A DNA stretch of 63,353 bases, filler included, from Sanchytrium tribonematis (lineage: Eukaryota): the NCBI GenBank assembly GCA_018985235.1. It is 26 parts of 26 records of this genome, joined end to end, with 100 filler letters (N's around TTAATTAATTAA, not from the genome) between each part and the next. Parts side by side here need not be neighbours in the genome. Positions count along the whole stretch, not along the records: positions 1 to 16,465 come from JADGIG010000135.1; 25 more parts are not named here. One strand, given 5' to 3'. How positions within the stretch are numbered: the first letter of the stretch is position 1; the number at the start of each line of letters is the position of its first letter. A model generated the notes under the pieces. It made no database searches. It had not been told where the DNA came from and saw only the letters and a program-made list of their open reading frames with translations. This document shows, in pieces, positions 1-12,200 of the stretch. The position numbers and the translations under genes were made by a program.

Positions 1-3000
1 AGTGATAACTGTGCTTGAATTTGCACCATCTTGTCTTGAAAAGTTTCTCCTAATGGAAAAATTGTTGCACCTTTCATATTTAAAAGTGGAATCATTATAC
101 AAAAAGCTCCCTGTAAGCGATTGTTCATATTTACTAAAGCTCTTCCAAAAATTCAAGTGGCGCGTGGCATTTGCAGAGTTGGAATTTGATCAACAAATCA
201 TTCTGCTGGAGTATTTCAAAGAAATCTACTTTTTTCCTACGGTGAGATCTCAACAATTAATCGGACAATTGCAGAAATTTTGCCGCGGACTACTTGAAAT
301 TTCTGTCAATTGCTTAAGCGCTTCCAAAATCCAAATGGGTTTGAAAAACAATTCCGAAAAGGACCAGATTCTATTGACATTTTCATTTATTTCAAATTGT
401 AAATCTGGAATTGCCCAAGTATTTCGCGCATTTACAAATATATCAGATAGCCCTAATGATTACGAAAATATTTATATTTGGGATAAGATGAAGTTTTTAG
501 AATCGCTTTGTGGATTATTCCAAATTATTTATAGCCATATGAATAAGGGTCATTATTATGTTGATATTTTGTTAAACCTCAAGGACATTTTCAGATTTTG
601 CCCAGAGTTACTATACAAAGTCGGAGATGGTGTTGAATCAGATACTGGTATCGGGAATGCATTCATAATGTTTTTGAATCTACTATCCGGTACTTTAATG
701 ATGAATGATTCATTTTATAAAATCTTAAGTACGGTTCAACTTCGTGCAGAAATTGAACAATCGTGTGAAAATTGTATTACGCTCATGGATAATGCATGGA
801 AGAAGATCTTGCAGCTAAACAAAGGTTGGAAGAACAAAATACAATCGAATTTGCTTCAATATCTTTCGCCGTTGTACATTATTGAGACAATTTTGAAACC
901 GATACAAAGCTTAAGTATCGATAACATGAAAGATAAGATCGATATTATGATTACTGAAATTAAAGAAGAGTCGGAAATGCTTGATTTAAACATCAATGAT
1001 CTACTAAACGAGGCGTTAATTCTTCGCAAATTGCCTACCATTACCAAAGAATTTAATAAGCCATTGAAAATGTCCAAGGCACCTAAGCTGAAAAATGAGA
1101 ATATGGAAGATATGATTGATTCTGTGATTCCTCAAAAGCGAGAATCAACGGTTGATTTGGCCAACGTTCAACGTGAAGCAAAAATCGTTGATACTGATAA
1201 GATTGTAAAAAAGTACAAACCAGATTTCAGCCCACCTGTTGCATTAAGTCATAAAATATACAGTCATCAGCCTGTGCCAGAATTGACAATTACAACCCTT
1301 CTTTCAGAATTATTGGCTTGGGATATAGATACGCTCAATGCGAAACCTTCTTTTAGGAAGGAAATTGGGAGAAAATCATCTCTTAATTTGACACCTCTTC
1401 CCCAAGCGTATCAAAATGTTAATGACTATCACAATGCTTATCAGCCTTTGATTTTATTTGAACTGTATGAGTCCATTCTACAGGCTTTTGATGAAGATGA
1501 CTTAGGGCCAGAAGAGTTTGGCAAGATGTCCTCAATTCAATTTATTGATGACTTTGCAGAAATTTCGACAGACTTGAAGAAGAAAGACGGCCATTTTTAT
1601 CTCGAGAATGACATCGTTTGCTGTAAAATTGAAGGAGGAAGTGACAGATTCTTGGGCTTTATCGTAGACTCACAATTGAAATCCGGAAAATTGATAGTTA
1701 GATTTAAGTTTCATGCAAAACTGATTCAGCGAAGGTGTAAAATTGATACAAAATTCAGTTTTAAAAAAATAGTCAGTGCAACAACTTCAATCAGAGAGTA
1801 TACCGCTTTTGGCAATATTGCACATTTTCCACTTTGTCGCGATATAATCAACGCAAAAATTGAAGCGCCTTTGCAGAATACAATACACGAGATCAAGATT
1901 CAAAAAATTTGTGAATTTTTTCTTTTAAATGAACCTCAACAAAGAGCGGTGACAAACAGTGTGACTCGTAAAAAAGGGTTCTCGCTTATTCAAGGGCCCC
2001 CCGGAACTGGAAAGACTAAAACGATTGTAAGTATTGTTAATTCTCTTTTACTGCATCCGCCAGGATTAGGAAATAGAATTCGAGTTCCTCAAGCAACTCA
2101 AGGTCGTCCGTTTTCTCAAGTGTTAGTTTGTGCTCCTAGTAATGCAGCAATAGATGAGATAATCAGAAGGCTGCTTTCTGGAATATATGACACGCAATAT
2201 GACAAAACCATTTACCCCCAGATTGTGCGTCTTGGAGTACAAGACCAAATAGCTTCTGATGTTTCACATGTGAGCCTAGATAATATAGTTAATGTTAAAA
2301 TTGATGAAAAAATTCAAAGCATGAAAGACGAGGAAGAAAAGAAGGCAACAGCTACTTTGAGTCAATTAGAACAATTGCCGTTAGACATGAGAGATGGAAG
2401 CGAAAAAGCTGAAATCGAGAAATTGAAGAGTTTTATCGACAAGGCGCGTCAGAAACGAAGTTGGTCTGCAGGTAATGAGGATTCACGACAAGCTGTACGT
2501 ACAGAAGTATTGAAGAATGCAGCAATCATTTGCACGACACTATCAGGCGCTGGTCATGACTTTTTGTCGCGGGCAAATTTAAAACTAAAATATGTAGTAA
2601 TAGACGAAGCTGCCCAAAGCGTGGAGCTTAGCTGTTTGATCCCGATGCAGCATGGATGTGAGGTTTGTATTTTGGTAGGTGACCACAAACAATTGCCACC
2701 TACAGTATTATCAAAAGTTGCCAAACAATACAACTACGAACAAAGCTTATTTGATCGACTCTATGGACAAAATTCTGACAAATGTGAATTGCTTTCAGTT
2801 CAATATCGTATGCATCCTGACATTAGCAAATTTCCGTCTGAAATATTTTATGATGGTCTTCTTGAAGATGGTATAAATTTGCATGACTGGACAATGCCAT
2901 GGCATTTCCAGAAAGATTTGGGAGCTTTTAGATTTTTCGACGTTAGTGGAAAACACCAAAGTCAAAAAAATTCTTTATCCAATAGAGACGAGGCTTATGC

Positions 3001-3464
3001 GGTAGTAGATCTCATCCACCTAATTTGTTCATCAAATCCGGAAATTTCTGTAATTTTCTTTCATTTAGTTTAACAAAAGAATCAACATAATCGCGCCATA
3101 TAAATCTCAAGTCAGATTAATAAGCACCGAAGTTCGTCGTGCCTTTGGAAAGGATAACTCAAAAAATATCAAAATTTCAAGTGTAGATGGGTATCAAGGA
3201 CAGGAGTCCGATATAATCATACTATCGACTGTGAGAGGATATAGTCCATCTGGATCCATAGGATTTTTGAAAGATATTCGACGTATGAATGTCGCTCTTA
3301 CGCGAGCAAAGTTTTCAATGTTTATATGCGGAAATGCAAAAAGTTTGGCAGAAAATGAATTTTGGAAGCAGCTCATTGACCACGCAAAATCAAGGAACTT
3401 TTTTAGCGCAAAAAAGCCTCCTCGCGCAGATTATAAAATAAGAATTCATAATTTATCAAAATAA
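1..3464 (+). CDS. SEN1: Sen1/senataxin SF1 helicase, 5'-partial; join(<1..3049,3069..3464)
   Basis: Motifs QGPPGTGKT, CAPSNAAIDE, IDEAAQ, VGDHKQLPP, QYRMHP. Removing the 19-nt intron 3050-3068 restores IIAPYKSQ, VDGYQGQE and RRMNVALTRAK in frame. Confidence 0.93.
3050..3068 (+). other. 19-nt spliceosomal intron GTAATTTTCTTTCATTTAG
   Basis: GT-AG ends; removal joins conserved Sen1 helicase motifs in frame. Confidence 0.88.
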
Positions 3465-3471
3465 ATTTATT
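3460..3471. terminator. Palindromic bidirectional poly(A)-signal candidate AATAAATTTATT containing both stop codons
   Basis: The Sen1 TAA (3462-3464) and the opposite-strand TAA (3467-3469) each sit inside an AATAAA; the same 12-mer occurs at 59903-59914. Confidence 0.55.
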
Positions 3472-3748
3472 GATTTTTGTTTTCAAGGTATTTCAAAAAA
3501 TTATCGGCAATTTCGGATGTACTAGCATCCACAATCAGCTCTGAAGGAGATTCACTGGCATCACAGATAGATTCCAAAATACGATTCCAGCTATCTTCCA
3601 CAGGTTTGGATGACCAACTCACGTTTGAATATATTCGTATGATTTTCTCAAAAGATTTTACGTCATATTTTAACTCTTCAGTCAACGAAAAATCTCTTTG
3701 GAGAAACAGCTTTTGCTGAGTTCTAGTTCTTTGAGTTTGCTGGCTCAT
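3467..3748 (-). CDS. Minimal Tco89-like (TORC1 subunit) protein, 93 aa
   Basis: RTQQKLFLQR followed by FEKIIRIYSNV..KPVEDSWNRI resembles the conserved TCO89 block (RTQQKLWLQR...FERI.REY.NV...NP..DS..R). Confidence 0.65.
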   Translation of the reverse strand: MSQQTQRTRTQQKLFLQRDFSLTEELKYDVKSFEKIIRIYSNVSWSSKPVEDSWNRILESICDASESPSELIVDASTSEIADNFLKYLENKNQ

Positions 3749-3925
3749 TGAGTAAATTCAGGGGGAGAAATCGAAAATAATAGGTTAATTATGTTTCCAA
3801 GGAATTCATAATTATCGAGTTTAACTAAGTAGTGCTTTTATAAACTGTATCGTTGGGTCGACGTTAATTGTGGTCAGTTATTTAAATAATTCAAGCAACA
3901 CGGAGATATTTTTCTAAACCAAAAA

Positions 3926-6900
3926 ATGTCCATGGTCGATGAAGAAACAATACAAGTTCTTGTCCGAATTAGGCCAACCAAGAAAGATTCTGTAGTCATA
4001 GCGGACCCATTAACTGGAAGGCAGCTTCAAATTCCTTGCAACGCTTCTGCTTTAGCGCCAACCAAGACATTTTTGTTTGATAAAGTTCTAGGGACTTTGG
4101 TCGACAATAAAACTGTTTTCCAACAAGTGCAGCCATTAATTGATCAAGTTCTTCAGGGATTTAATGCCACGATTTTAGCATATGGACAGACGTCCACTGG
4201 TAAAACTCATACCATTCTTGGAAACACAAGTTTACAGGATGGCCGACTGGGAAGAGATGCCGGAATAATTCCACGAGCTATTAACTATATCTTCGATCAA
4301 CTCGATAAGAAGAAAGGCGATATTTTAGACTACAGTATTCGAATTAGCTATTTAGAATTATACAACGAGGATCTTAGAGATTTGTTAGTCGAAAATACTG
4401 AGTCTCTGAAAATCTTCGAGGAAAACAAAAAAATTCTTGTTCAAGGTATGGAGGAAATGCTAGTGAGAAATCTTCACCATTGCCTTGAAATGGTGCAGAT
4501 AGCAAGCGAGAAAAGACAAACTGCAACTACTCTTTGTAATGAAAAGTCTAGCAGAAGTCATACAATTTTTGTAATGCAGGTATTACAAAGAGAGGTGGTG
4601 AATGGAAAAGAAATTTTGCGCCTGGGAAAATTAAACTTGGTTGATTTGGCTGGTAGTGAAAGTATCGGAAAAAGTGGCGTTGAAAAAAAAGGACAAAGAG
4701 AAGCAGGACTTATCAATCAATCATTGCTAACACTAGGGCGCGTAATTAATGCTTTGGTTGACAAAAATAGCCATATTCCTTATCGCGAATCTAAATTGAC
4801 CCGACTTTTGAAAGATTCATTGGGCGGACACACCAAGACTACTTTGATTGCAACGATTTCGGGTGAAAAATCCAGTTTAGAAGAGACTCTCAGCACCCTT
4901 GATTATAGCCATCGAGCGAAAAATATAAAAGTACGACCCCAAATTAATCAACGAATCACAAAACAGGAATTGATGAAAGGGTATATGGGAGAAATTGAAA
5001 CATTAAGAAAGGAATTAATTGCTACAAGATCTAAAAATGGAGTTTATTTTCCTGTAGAGCAGTACGAAGAATTGATGAATGAACACCATGTTATTAAACA
5101 AAAGAATGGAATACTAAACCAGCAGGTTGAGTCTCTTGAAGGAGCAGTGACTTCTTTGATGAGTGAAAACCAACAATATTCGGATCGAATTTCGGAATTA
5201 GAAGACACGCTAAAGAATCAATCTCAAAAATATTTTCAACTGAGTGATAAATTTATTCAAGAAAAAGCTCTAAATAATCAACAAACTATTAAAGATCACC
5301 ACTTAATGCGATACGCATCGCAACTAGAAGAAAATTTTAACAATAACACCATCTATACTAAAAAAGTTGAAGCAGAATTAAATCAGTATTACACATTTTT
5401 GGAATATTTTTCAAACTTAAATCGCCAGAATATCGATGCGCACATCATTCACGCTGGGAATCAGCTATCTAATTTGAAAAGCGCAGCATCTAGTTTGAAC
5501 TTAGCTACTGAACTAAACGATTGTTTTAATTTAATTTTTTCGAAACAAAGTCAAGTCTTGGATAACATCCTTGGTTGTGATCTTGATTCCTATATCGCTA
5601 AAATAATTGAAAACATTAATAGAGGATTGTCTACCCACAATTTGGAAGTTGATTTAAATATGGGTAACTCTGTTATATTTAACAATTTGAAGGCGATTAT
5701 CGAGCAACTTTTTCAGAATGTTACTCACAATTTGAAAATTTTACGCGATAAAACATCTAGTATTTGTGTTGATTTTATTGCAAACTACAAAAATCGAAAT
5801 GAAAATCTCATTTCAATTATCGAAAATCACCGAGGTTATTTAGAAGATTTTTCAAAGTATTGCGACGAGTCTTTGTCAAATATTATAGTAATTTCAAACA
5901 CAAATTTGAAAAAATTTAGCAATGCTTGTATCTATGAACTTAAATATCTCGAAAAATTATACAACAACGAAAGGGAAAAAGTGATGGATTTACAAGTGAA
6001 GCACAAAAAATCAATGTATGATTTCATTGATAATTTTGCAAGTGCACTGAAAAACAAAATCGAAACTAACGTTGCCGATAGCGTTTCCGTCGCAGAAGCT
6101 TCGAAAGCTACTATATTAGAGTCCTCCGCTAAATCTGAATCAAGTATTGAAATTGGAAGTTCCGTGTACAGTGCTGGTTTAAAAGAAAGTTTCGATAAGT
6201 TTGGTAATTATAAAAGCGATACATTTCAGTCTGTGGGTCTAAATCTTGATAATCTTAGAGATGTAGTAAACTCTGACTTTGAAAAACATACTAACGGGTC
6301 TCTTGGCCAATACAATTCTGTGATTGACTCATTTTCATCAGAACTGGTCGAAGAATCAGGAAAGTTAGACATTGAATTTAAAAGTTTTTCATACTTATTT
6401 AGATTTCAAAAGCAATTCAGAAAAACAAAATGTATACAAAACCATTCATAGGAATTTATATGAAAAGTATATTAGTGAAACGAAAATTTTGGGACTTTCC
6501 CAAACCAAAATTTTGGGCAGTATACGGGAAGCTCAGAATGAATTTTTAAACAGCGTATACCTAGTTAACAACGCGCAGGGTTCGCATTTGGAAGATGTCA
6601 ATAGAAATATTGTCGCAGCGTCTAGAAATGAGGAAAATTTTAGAATCGTTCCAAATGATCGCAAAACTCCAGAAAGTATTAGAAGGCTGACATTTAACTT
6701 GCCAAAAAATAACGCAATACTTTTTGCGGATGAATTTAAATCTAGAATCTCAAAAATTCTTCTAGAATTACCAAATCAGGAAGTGGAAACCATACTATCA
6801 GCTATTGATCAAGAAGTCGAAGTAGTAGCTACCAAATACAATGAGATTACATGCGACCTATTGAACTCACATTGCGCGAGTCCACCAAAGAAAATCAGAA

Positions 6901-7004
6901 GATTAGACTCTTATAGTGGAGAGCTCCAACCCATGCAAGAAAGTAAAATTCCCTCAATACCCGTACTTCGACATAAGCAGGACTCCAAAACAGATTTGAA
7001 ATAA
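3926..7004 (+). CDS. Kinesin-5 (BimC/Eg5 family); join(3926..6383,6403..7004)
   Basis: Motor motifs YGQTSTGKT, SSRSH, LVDLAGSE, HIPYRESKLTRLL; kinesin-5-type ATRSKNGVY neck; coiled-coil stalk. A 19-nt intron joins the two ORFs. Confidence 0.9.
6384..6402 (+). other. 19-nt spliceosomal intron GTTTTTCATACTTATTTAG
   Basis: GT-AG ends; removal fuses ORF 3926..6451 to ORF 6372..7004 in frame (IEFK-N-FKSNSEK). Confidence 0.8.
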
Positions 7005-7010
7005 AAACTT

Positions 7011-7940
7011 TTACTTGTTACCGTTTAATTGACTTTGAAGAGCATAAAGTTGCTGTAAAACTTGAAGCTGTTGATTTGTGTTATTAGAAATTTGAGGGGA
7101 TACCTGGATTTGTGGTTGAGATTGGAAAGTTGCCAGTGTGCTGATATTAGGAAGTCCTTGGGCTATTTGTTTTGGCTGAGTGGCTGCACTTAAAATGGCT
7201 TGAAGTGCAAGATTTGAAGGAACGGTTGCTGCAGATTGTGCCGTGTAAGCGTTATGACTTGATGAAGCATGTTGGTTGGTGTAAAAGCTTTCTTGATCAG
7301 ATGATGACTTGCCTTTCCGGAACTTTTCCTGCTTAACAAGGTTTTTCGCGCCAATGTCCCAGCTTATTTCGCAGGTTATTTCGATATCACCGAGCGATAG
7401 TTTCGTATCTTTAATTGCTTGGTAAGCTTTTACGCAATCGCGAGAATCATAAAATTCAACAAATTTGTTACGATGACCATCGCGCAGATTTCTGACATCC
7501 ATCACTTCTCCATACGTAGAAAAGTGTTGAGCAATGTCTTCGATTAAAATATTACCAGATAAGGTTAAGAATAAAGTTCCTTGATTATCTTGAGTGGTGC
7601 AATGATTCTGATTGGTGTTCCCCTTTGGTGTTGAATAATGGACTTCGACAGTCCGTTTACCGATTTTGGTATTATTAATTTCGCGAAAAGCTCGTTCAGA
7701 AGCACGAATATCATAAAAAGTAATAAAAGCGATGCCTCTATCTTTGATAAGAGAAAAAGATCGTTTGATTTCACCAAATTTTGAAAAGATATCAAGAATA
7801 TCCTCCTCTGTGACTTCATAGGCAATATTTCGAATGAATAAAGTTCTTACAGAAGTATTTTTAATATCAAGCTTTCTTCCAAGATTGTTATATGGTTGAT
7901 GCGTATTGCTGTTACCAGTAGAATGTCGATTTTCTCTCAT
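7011..7940 (-). CDS. Two-RRM RNA-binding protein (Mei2-like N-terminal RRMs) with Q-rich tail
   Basis: RTLFIRNI, RGIAFITFYDIRASERA, QGTLFL, KFVEFYDSRD; first ATG at 7940. Confidence 0.8.
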   Translation of the reverse strand: MRENRHSTGNSNTHQPYNNLGRKLDIKNTSVRTLFIRNIAYEVTEEDILDIFSKFGEIKRSFSLIKDRGIAFITFYDIRASERAFREINNTKIGKRTVEVHYSTPKGNTNQNHCTTQDNQGTLFLTLSGNILIEDIAQHFSTYGEVMDVRNLRDGHRNKFVEFYDSRDCVKAYQAIKDTKLSLGDIEITCEISWDIGAKNLVKQEKFRKGKSSSDQESFYTNQHASSSHNAYTAQSAATVPSNLALQAILSAATQPKQIAQGLPNISTLATFQSQPQIQVSPQISNNTNQQLQVLQQLYALQSQLNGNK

Positions 7941-7990
7941 GTTGTTTTGAGTGATTTTGAGGAGTACGCGAGATTTTAAATTTCTTAGAA

Positions 7991-7997
7991 CCAATCA
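7991..7997 (-). promoter_or_regulatory. Inverted CCAAT-box-like element TGATTGG (representative of 7 sites)
   Basis: Sense-strand TGATTGG 50-64 nt upstream of ATGs at 7940, 9009, 16981, 28461, 42943, 56943 and 57284. Confidence 0.6.
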
Positions 7998-8019
7998 GAT
8001 GCGTCAGAGTTACAAATTT

Positions 8020-9009
8020 TTATTTTTGGATTGCGCTCAACTGTTCAAGATTTCCGTAAAAGCTATGAATGGAGTAGACTCTATCCGGGTCAATTTTGCG
8101 ATCTAGACCAGGCAAGTCATTAATCGATTTCCTATTAATTTGGGCTGCTGATTCCTCCGCATTTCCTGGAGTTCCTAAAGTTTGCTCTATTGCTTGTTGC
8201 CTAGATAAAAGCTTGTGAGTGCGATACTTTTCATAAAATTGCAATTGAGTTGTGTTTTTTAATGCAAAGTAACTTGTTACAAGCAAGCAATGAACCAAAT
8301 GCACTAGATTTGTATGTTCTGGATTTTTGATTTCCAGATTTCCCCATGGGAAAGATTTTCCCAACAAACCCTCTTCCTCATCTGTATCACAGATAAGAAA
8401 TGGCACAAGAGCCGCCATGGCCTTATCTTCGTCGAACATCTCACCTTCTTCTGGATCGATAAAAGGAAAAATAGGAATTTCCTGACTTTTCATTGTTTCC
8501 CTAACCAAATTTTTCCATGTTTCCCTAAGCTTGCAACTCATTGAATCGGCATGAGAAAGTACAGGAATTACATTTGCCACCATGCACAATCTCTTCATGA
8601 CTTCGATATCACCACCAAGCATATCCTGCATAGGCGACAAAACATACAAAATACAATCAACCATCGTGTTTTTTTGAGCTGCTCTTCGAAGTCTTTTTAC
8701 TTTTAGCTCCTCCATCAATTGTAGTTCATATTGCTTTTCGATAAATTTCAAGATATCAGTCATAATTTCCAAATCAACTTTATCGTTCGGATTAAAGGAA
8801 AAACCATTCGAGTCTACTAAAGTTAGATTGGTTTTATCTTTGTTGTATTCAATAGGACCTGTGTATATTGTTAAATGGCCCTCTTCCTTCACATTTGGAT
8901 CTGCACCAAAATATTTGTACAAGGTATGGGCAAATGCAGTTTTCCCTGATCCTTTTCGTCCGACAATCATCAAGTTAAGAGAATTGAGCTTTGTAGTCTT
9001 TGGCTCCAT
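8020..9009 (-). CDS. Septin-family GTPase (divergent)
   Basis: LMIVGRKGSGKT, LTLVDSNGF (G3-like), NVIPVLSHAD (G4-like), FPWG, FYEKYR; first ATG at 9009. Confidence 0.85.
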   Translation of the reverse strand: MEPKTTKLNSLNLMIVGRKGSGKTAFAHTLYKYFGADPNVKEEGHLTIYTGPIEYNKDKTNLTLVDSNGFSFNPNDKVDLEIMTDILKFIEKQYELQLMEELKVKRLRRAAQKNTMVDCILYVLSPMQDMLGGDIEVMKRLCMVANVIPVLSHADSMSCKLRETWKNLVRETMKSQEIPIFPFIDPEEGEMFDEDKAMAALVPFLICDTDEEEGLLGKSFPWGNLEIKNPEHTNLVHLVHCLLVTSYFALKNTTQLQFYEKYRTHKLLSRQQAIEQTLGTPGNAEESAAQINRKSINDLPGLDRKIDPDRVYSIHSFYGNLEQLSAIQK

Positions 9010-9206
9010 TAATGTGGTCAACAGGTTGTCGCGGTTTTAATATAAAAAATATTAAATTCTATTACTTTTTAGCCAATCACTTTGTTCAAATATTTTAATG
9101 CCACAAGTTGATTAGGCAAGAGTTGGTTTTTATATCCGCGCGAAGACACCATATCGATGTCAATAAATTATATTAATATACAAATGATAAATTACTGAAA
9201 CATTAG

Positions 9207-12200
9207 ATGTTTGCAAAAGGGTCATACGTTAAAAGCTTCGTGATATTTTTTATTCTTGTTCTGATAATTTATTATTTGGCAATATATGTACTGGCATTTA
9301 CCGGTTTAGTTTCTATTATGTGCATTTACTTTAAATTAAATTTGATTCAAAATCACACCTATAAAGAAATTCCATTTTTAAGTATAGAGCCATCAGAAAC
9401 ACCAAAAAAAATTGAATTAAAATATTCTGAAAATGTTAATAGGAATCTGGAAGATTTAGTGTCGTTAATTATTAAAGACTATTTTTCATGGCATACTGAA
9501 ATGACAAAAAGGCCAGATTTCTTGAATTTGATTCAGATACTGATTTACAAGTCTCTTGATGAAATAGTCGAGAGATGGAAAAAAGTCGATGTTGTTGATT
9601 TTATAAATAACAAAATCTTTAATATCTACTTGACACACGTTAGATTGCAAACAAAAACGAAGCAAAATATGAGCGGCGACAAACGCACTTTTACACACTC
9701 TAAAGAATTTGATTATTTATTTGCGACACGTTATGCAGATATTGGCGCAATTCATAAAGGGGTTCAAATTAGTAGCGCTACAATTGATCCTTCATATATT
9801 CGACATATTTTGAATCAGATCTTGCCATATTTGATTCCTTCTAACGAATATCACTCAGTGGCCTGTAAAAGCATTATTGTAGAAGTGGTCGCAAAAACAA
9901 TTATAATTCCAATCATGAATATGATAGCGGAGCCCGAATTTATAAATTCTTTCATTGACATGTTTTGCACACATTTACTTCGAGAAATGCGTATGGTAAA
10001 GGAGCTTCGACGTGCTTTGGAGGCAAATTCTCACGAACAAAGTAATGGGGAAAACAGATTAAAGTCGTATGAAGAGTTTTTGTTAATGATACAAAATTGT
10101 CAGAATTTACTTGAGGCCAAGAGAATTCGAGATCAAATTGTTATGGAAATCCGTCGAAAAAGGTTGCTAATAGGCAACCGTAATTCCTATGATAGTATCA
10201 ACGGTGTGAAAATCAAGAAGCTCATTCAATACACAAACAAATTGGTTATTGCCAAAAGAAAAATTGAAAAGAGAATAATCCATCTGGGAGGGAATGTCCC
10301 TATGTATGAGAATTCGCAAGGCATGGAACCAAATTTGTTAGATGTCTTGAAAAGCAGTGTAGGATTGTCCTACTTTTCGGAATTTTTGGATCAAAAACAG
10401 GCCCAAAAACTGTTACAATTACATTTAGCATTAGAGGGAATTGAACATCAGCTAGAAAGTTTTGACGAGGACTCCGAATCTCTCGAATCTCTAATTTTAG
10501 ACTTCACAAATCTTATTAATACTTATTTTTCAAATAGATTAAATGATTTCATTTTTCCAACTAACGTGGATGAAGGTATAAGACTGGTCTTATTGAAATT
10601 AAAAGAAGGCCATCTAGATCGAATTTCATTTGCACTTGCTAGATCTTACTTATTTAACTTTATTAAAGAAAGCTATTTTGCAAAATTCAAATTGTCAGAC
10701 TTATGGCTAAGAATGTCTAGCGAATTTGCAATTGACAGGAAAGATCTTATTGAAAGTGACCGTGAAGACTTAGAGCAGATGGATGAATCAGAATTATTAG
10801 GAACTGACGCTATTAAGAATGTTGAAGGTCAATTGCAACAAATTGTTGTCGAAAATGAAACTTCCAGTATATATACCCAATTGACACCTGTTTCAATTAA
10901 TCCTTTAAGCGGCAATGAAGAAACTAAAAGCCTTCATTCTGATAAATCTGTTCATATTGAATCGTTAACTTCGCAACTTCAGGAATTAAATGATCACATT
11001 GACAAGCTGAAGCAACATGAAGCTATTCTTCTCTCTTTAGTCAAGTCGCACGGCTTAAATAAGCAACCCTCATCACGTGTTCTTGATTCAGATGGAGCAA
11101 GAGTTTTACTCGAGGATGCTAATGATTTGGGCAAGACACCATCTCTCTCAAATTCAAAAAGCACATTTGTTTTAAAAGCTTTAGGGAGCGAAGATGAAAG
11201 CTTAAAAATATTGAAGAAAAGCTACAATGACGTGTTAATGGAAATCAGGGACCTGTCTGAAAAAAAGCTATCTCTCGAAAATCAAGGTCGCGACATGTCT
11301 ATCAAGCCAGGTCAAGTAGAGATTTGTATTGACAGCTGGACCAAAAGTAGTGATGGGCGAAAAGATTTTGTTTTATATCTCATAAGGGTTAAAACATCTG
11401 AAAATAACTCGTGGAATATTTATCGCCGATATTCTGAATTTTTAGAATTGCACGAAAGCTTGGTTGCTAATTTTCCTATGATTCCTTATGAACTGCCAAA
11501 AAAGAGACCTAATTTACTCTATGTCGGTCAAATGAAAGACGATCTTGCTTCAACTAGACAAAGTGCTCTCGATATTTATCTAAAAAACCTCACACATCAT
11601 GAAGATATTTGTCAATCCTTGCCTTTCAGAAAATTTTTATCCCAAGATGTTGACAATTCTAGAGTTGTAAGTACCCCTCAATTGATCACCCAAAGTATAG
11701 ATAGTTCATTGGATTCGCTTCAAGACTCCCCTAAAAAAGGATTTGCTTCATTCATTCAAAAGCATTCGTCACCAATTTTTGGATCTCCCTCCCGAAAATC
11801 AATTAGCAATGTTTCCGAATCGAAGTTAAATACTCCAACTGACATTAAGTCATCAGATGGATACAAAATTATCAGCGAAATGATTTTAGAATTATTTGAT
11901 CTGCAAGAGTCAGTTTTTCGAAAGCATGCAGTGTCTGTAATATTGAATCAAATTTTTGGGGGCGTAATAGAAAAAAAATTAGAAGAAACTTACTCCAGAC
12001 TGTGTGCCGATGAGATGCTGGTATTTTATTTGGAAACACTAAAAGAAAAGCTTTTTACTTCGTCTCCTCCATCTAAAGATGTAGTTGATAATCATGAAAC
12101 TAAAATCAAACTAGAATTATTATTTCCAGAGCTTTTTGGTGGGTTTTTGGGACGAAATAATTCCGTGAAAGCCGCGGGAAAAGTTTTTGATTCATTTCAA

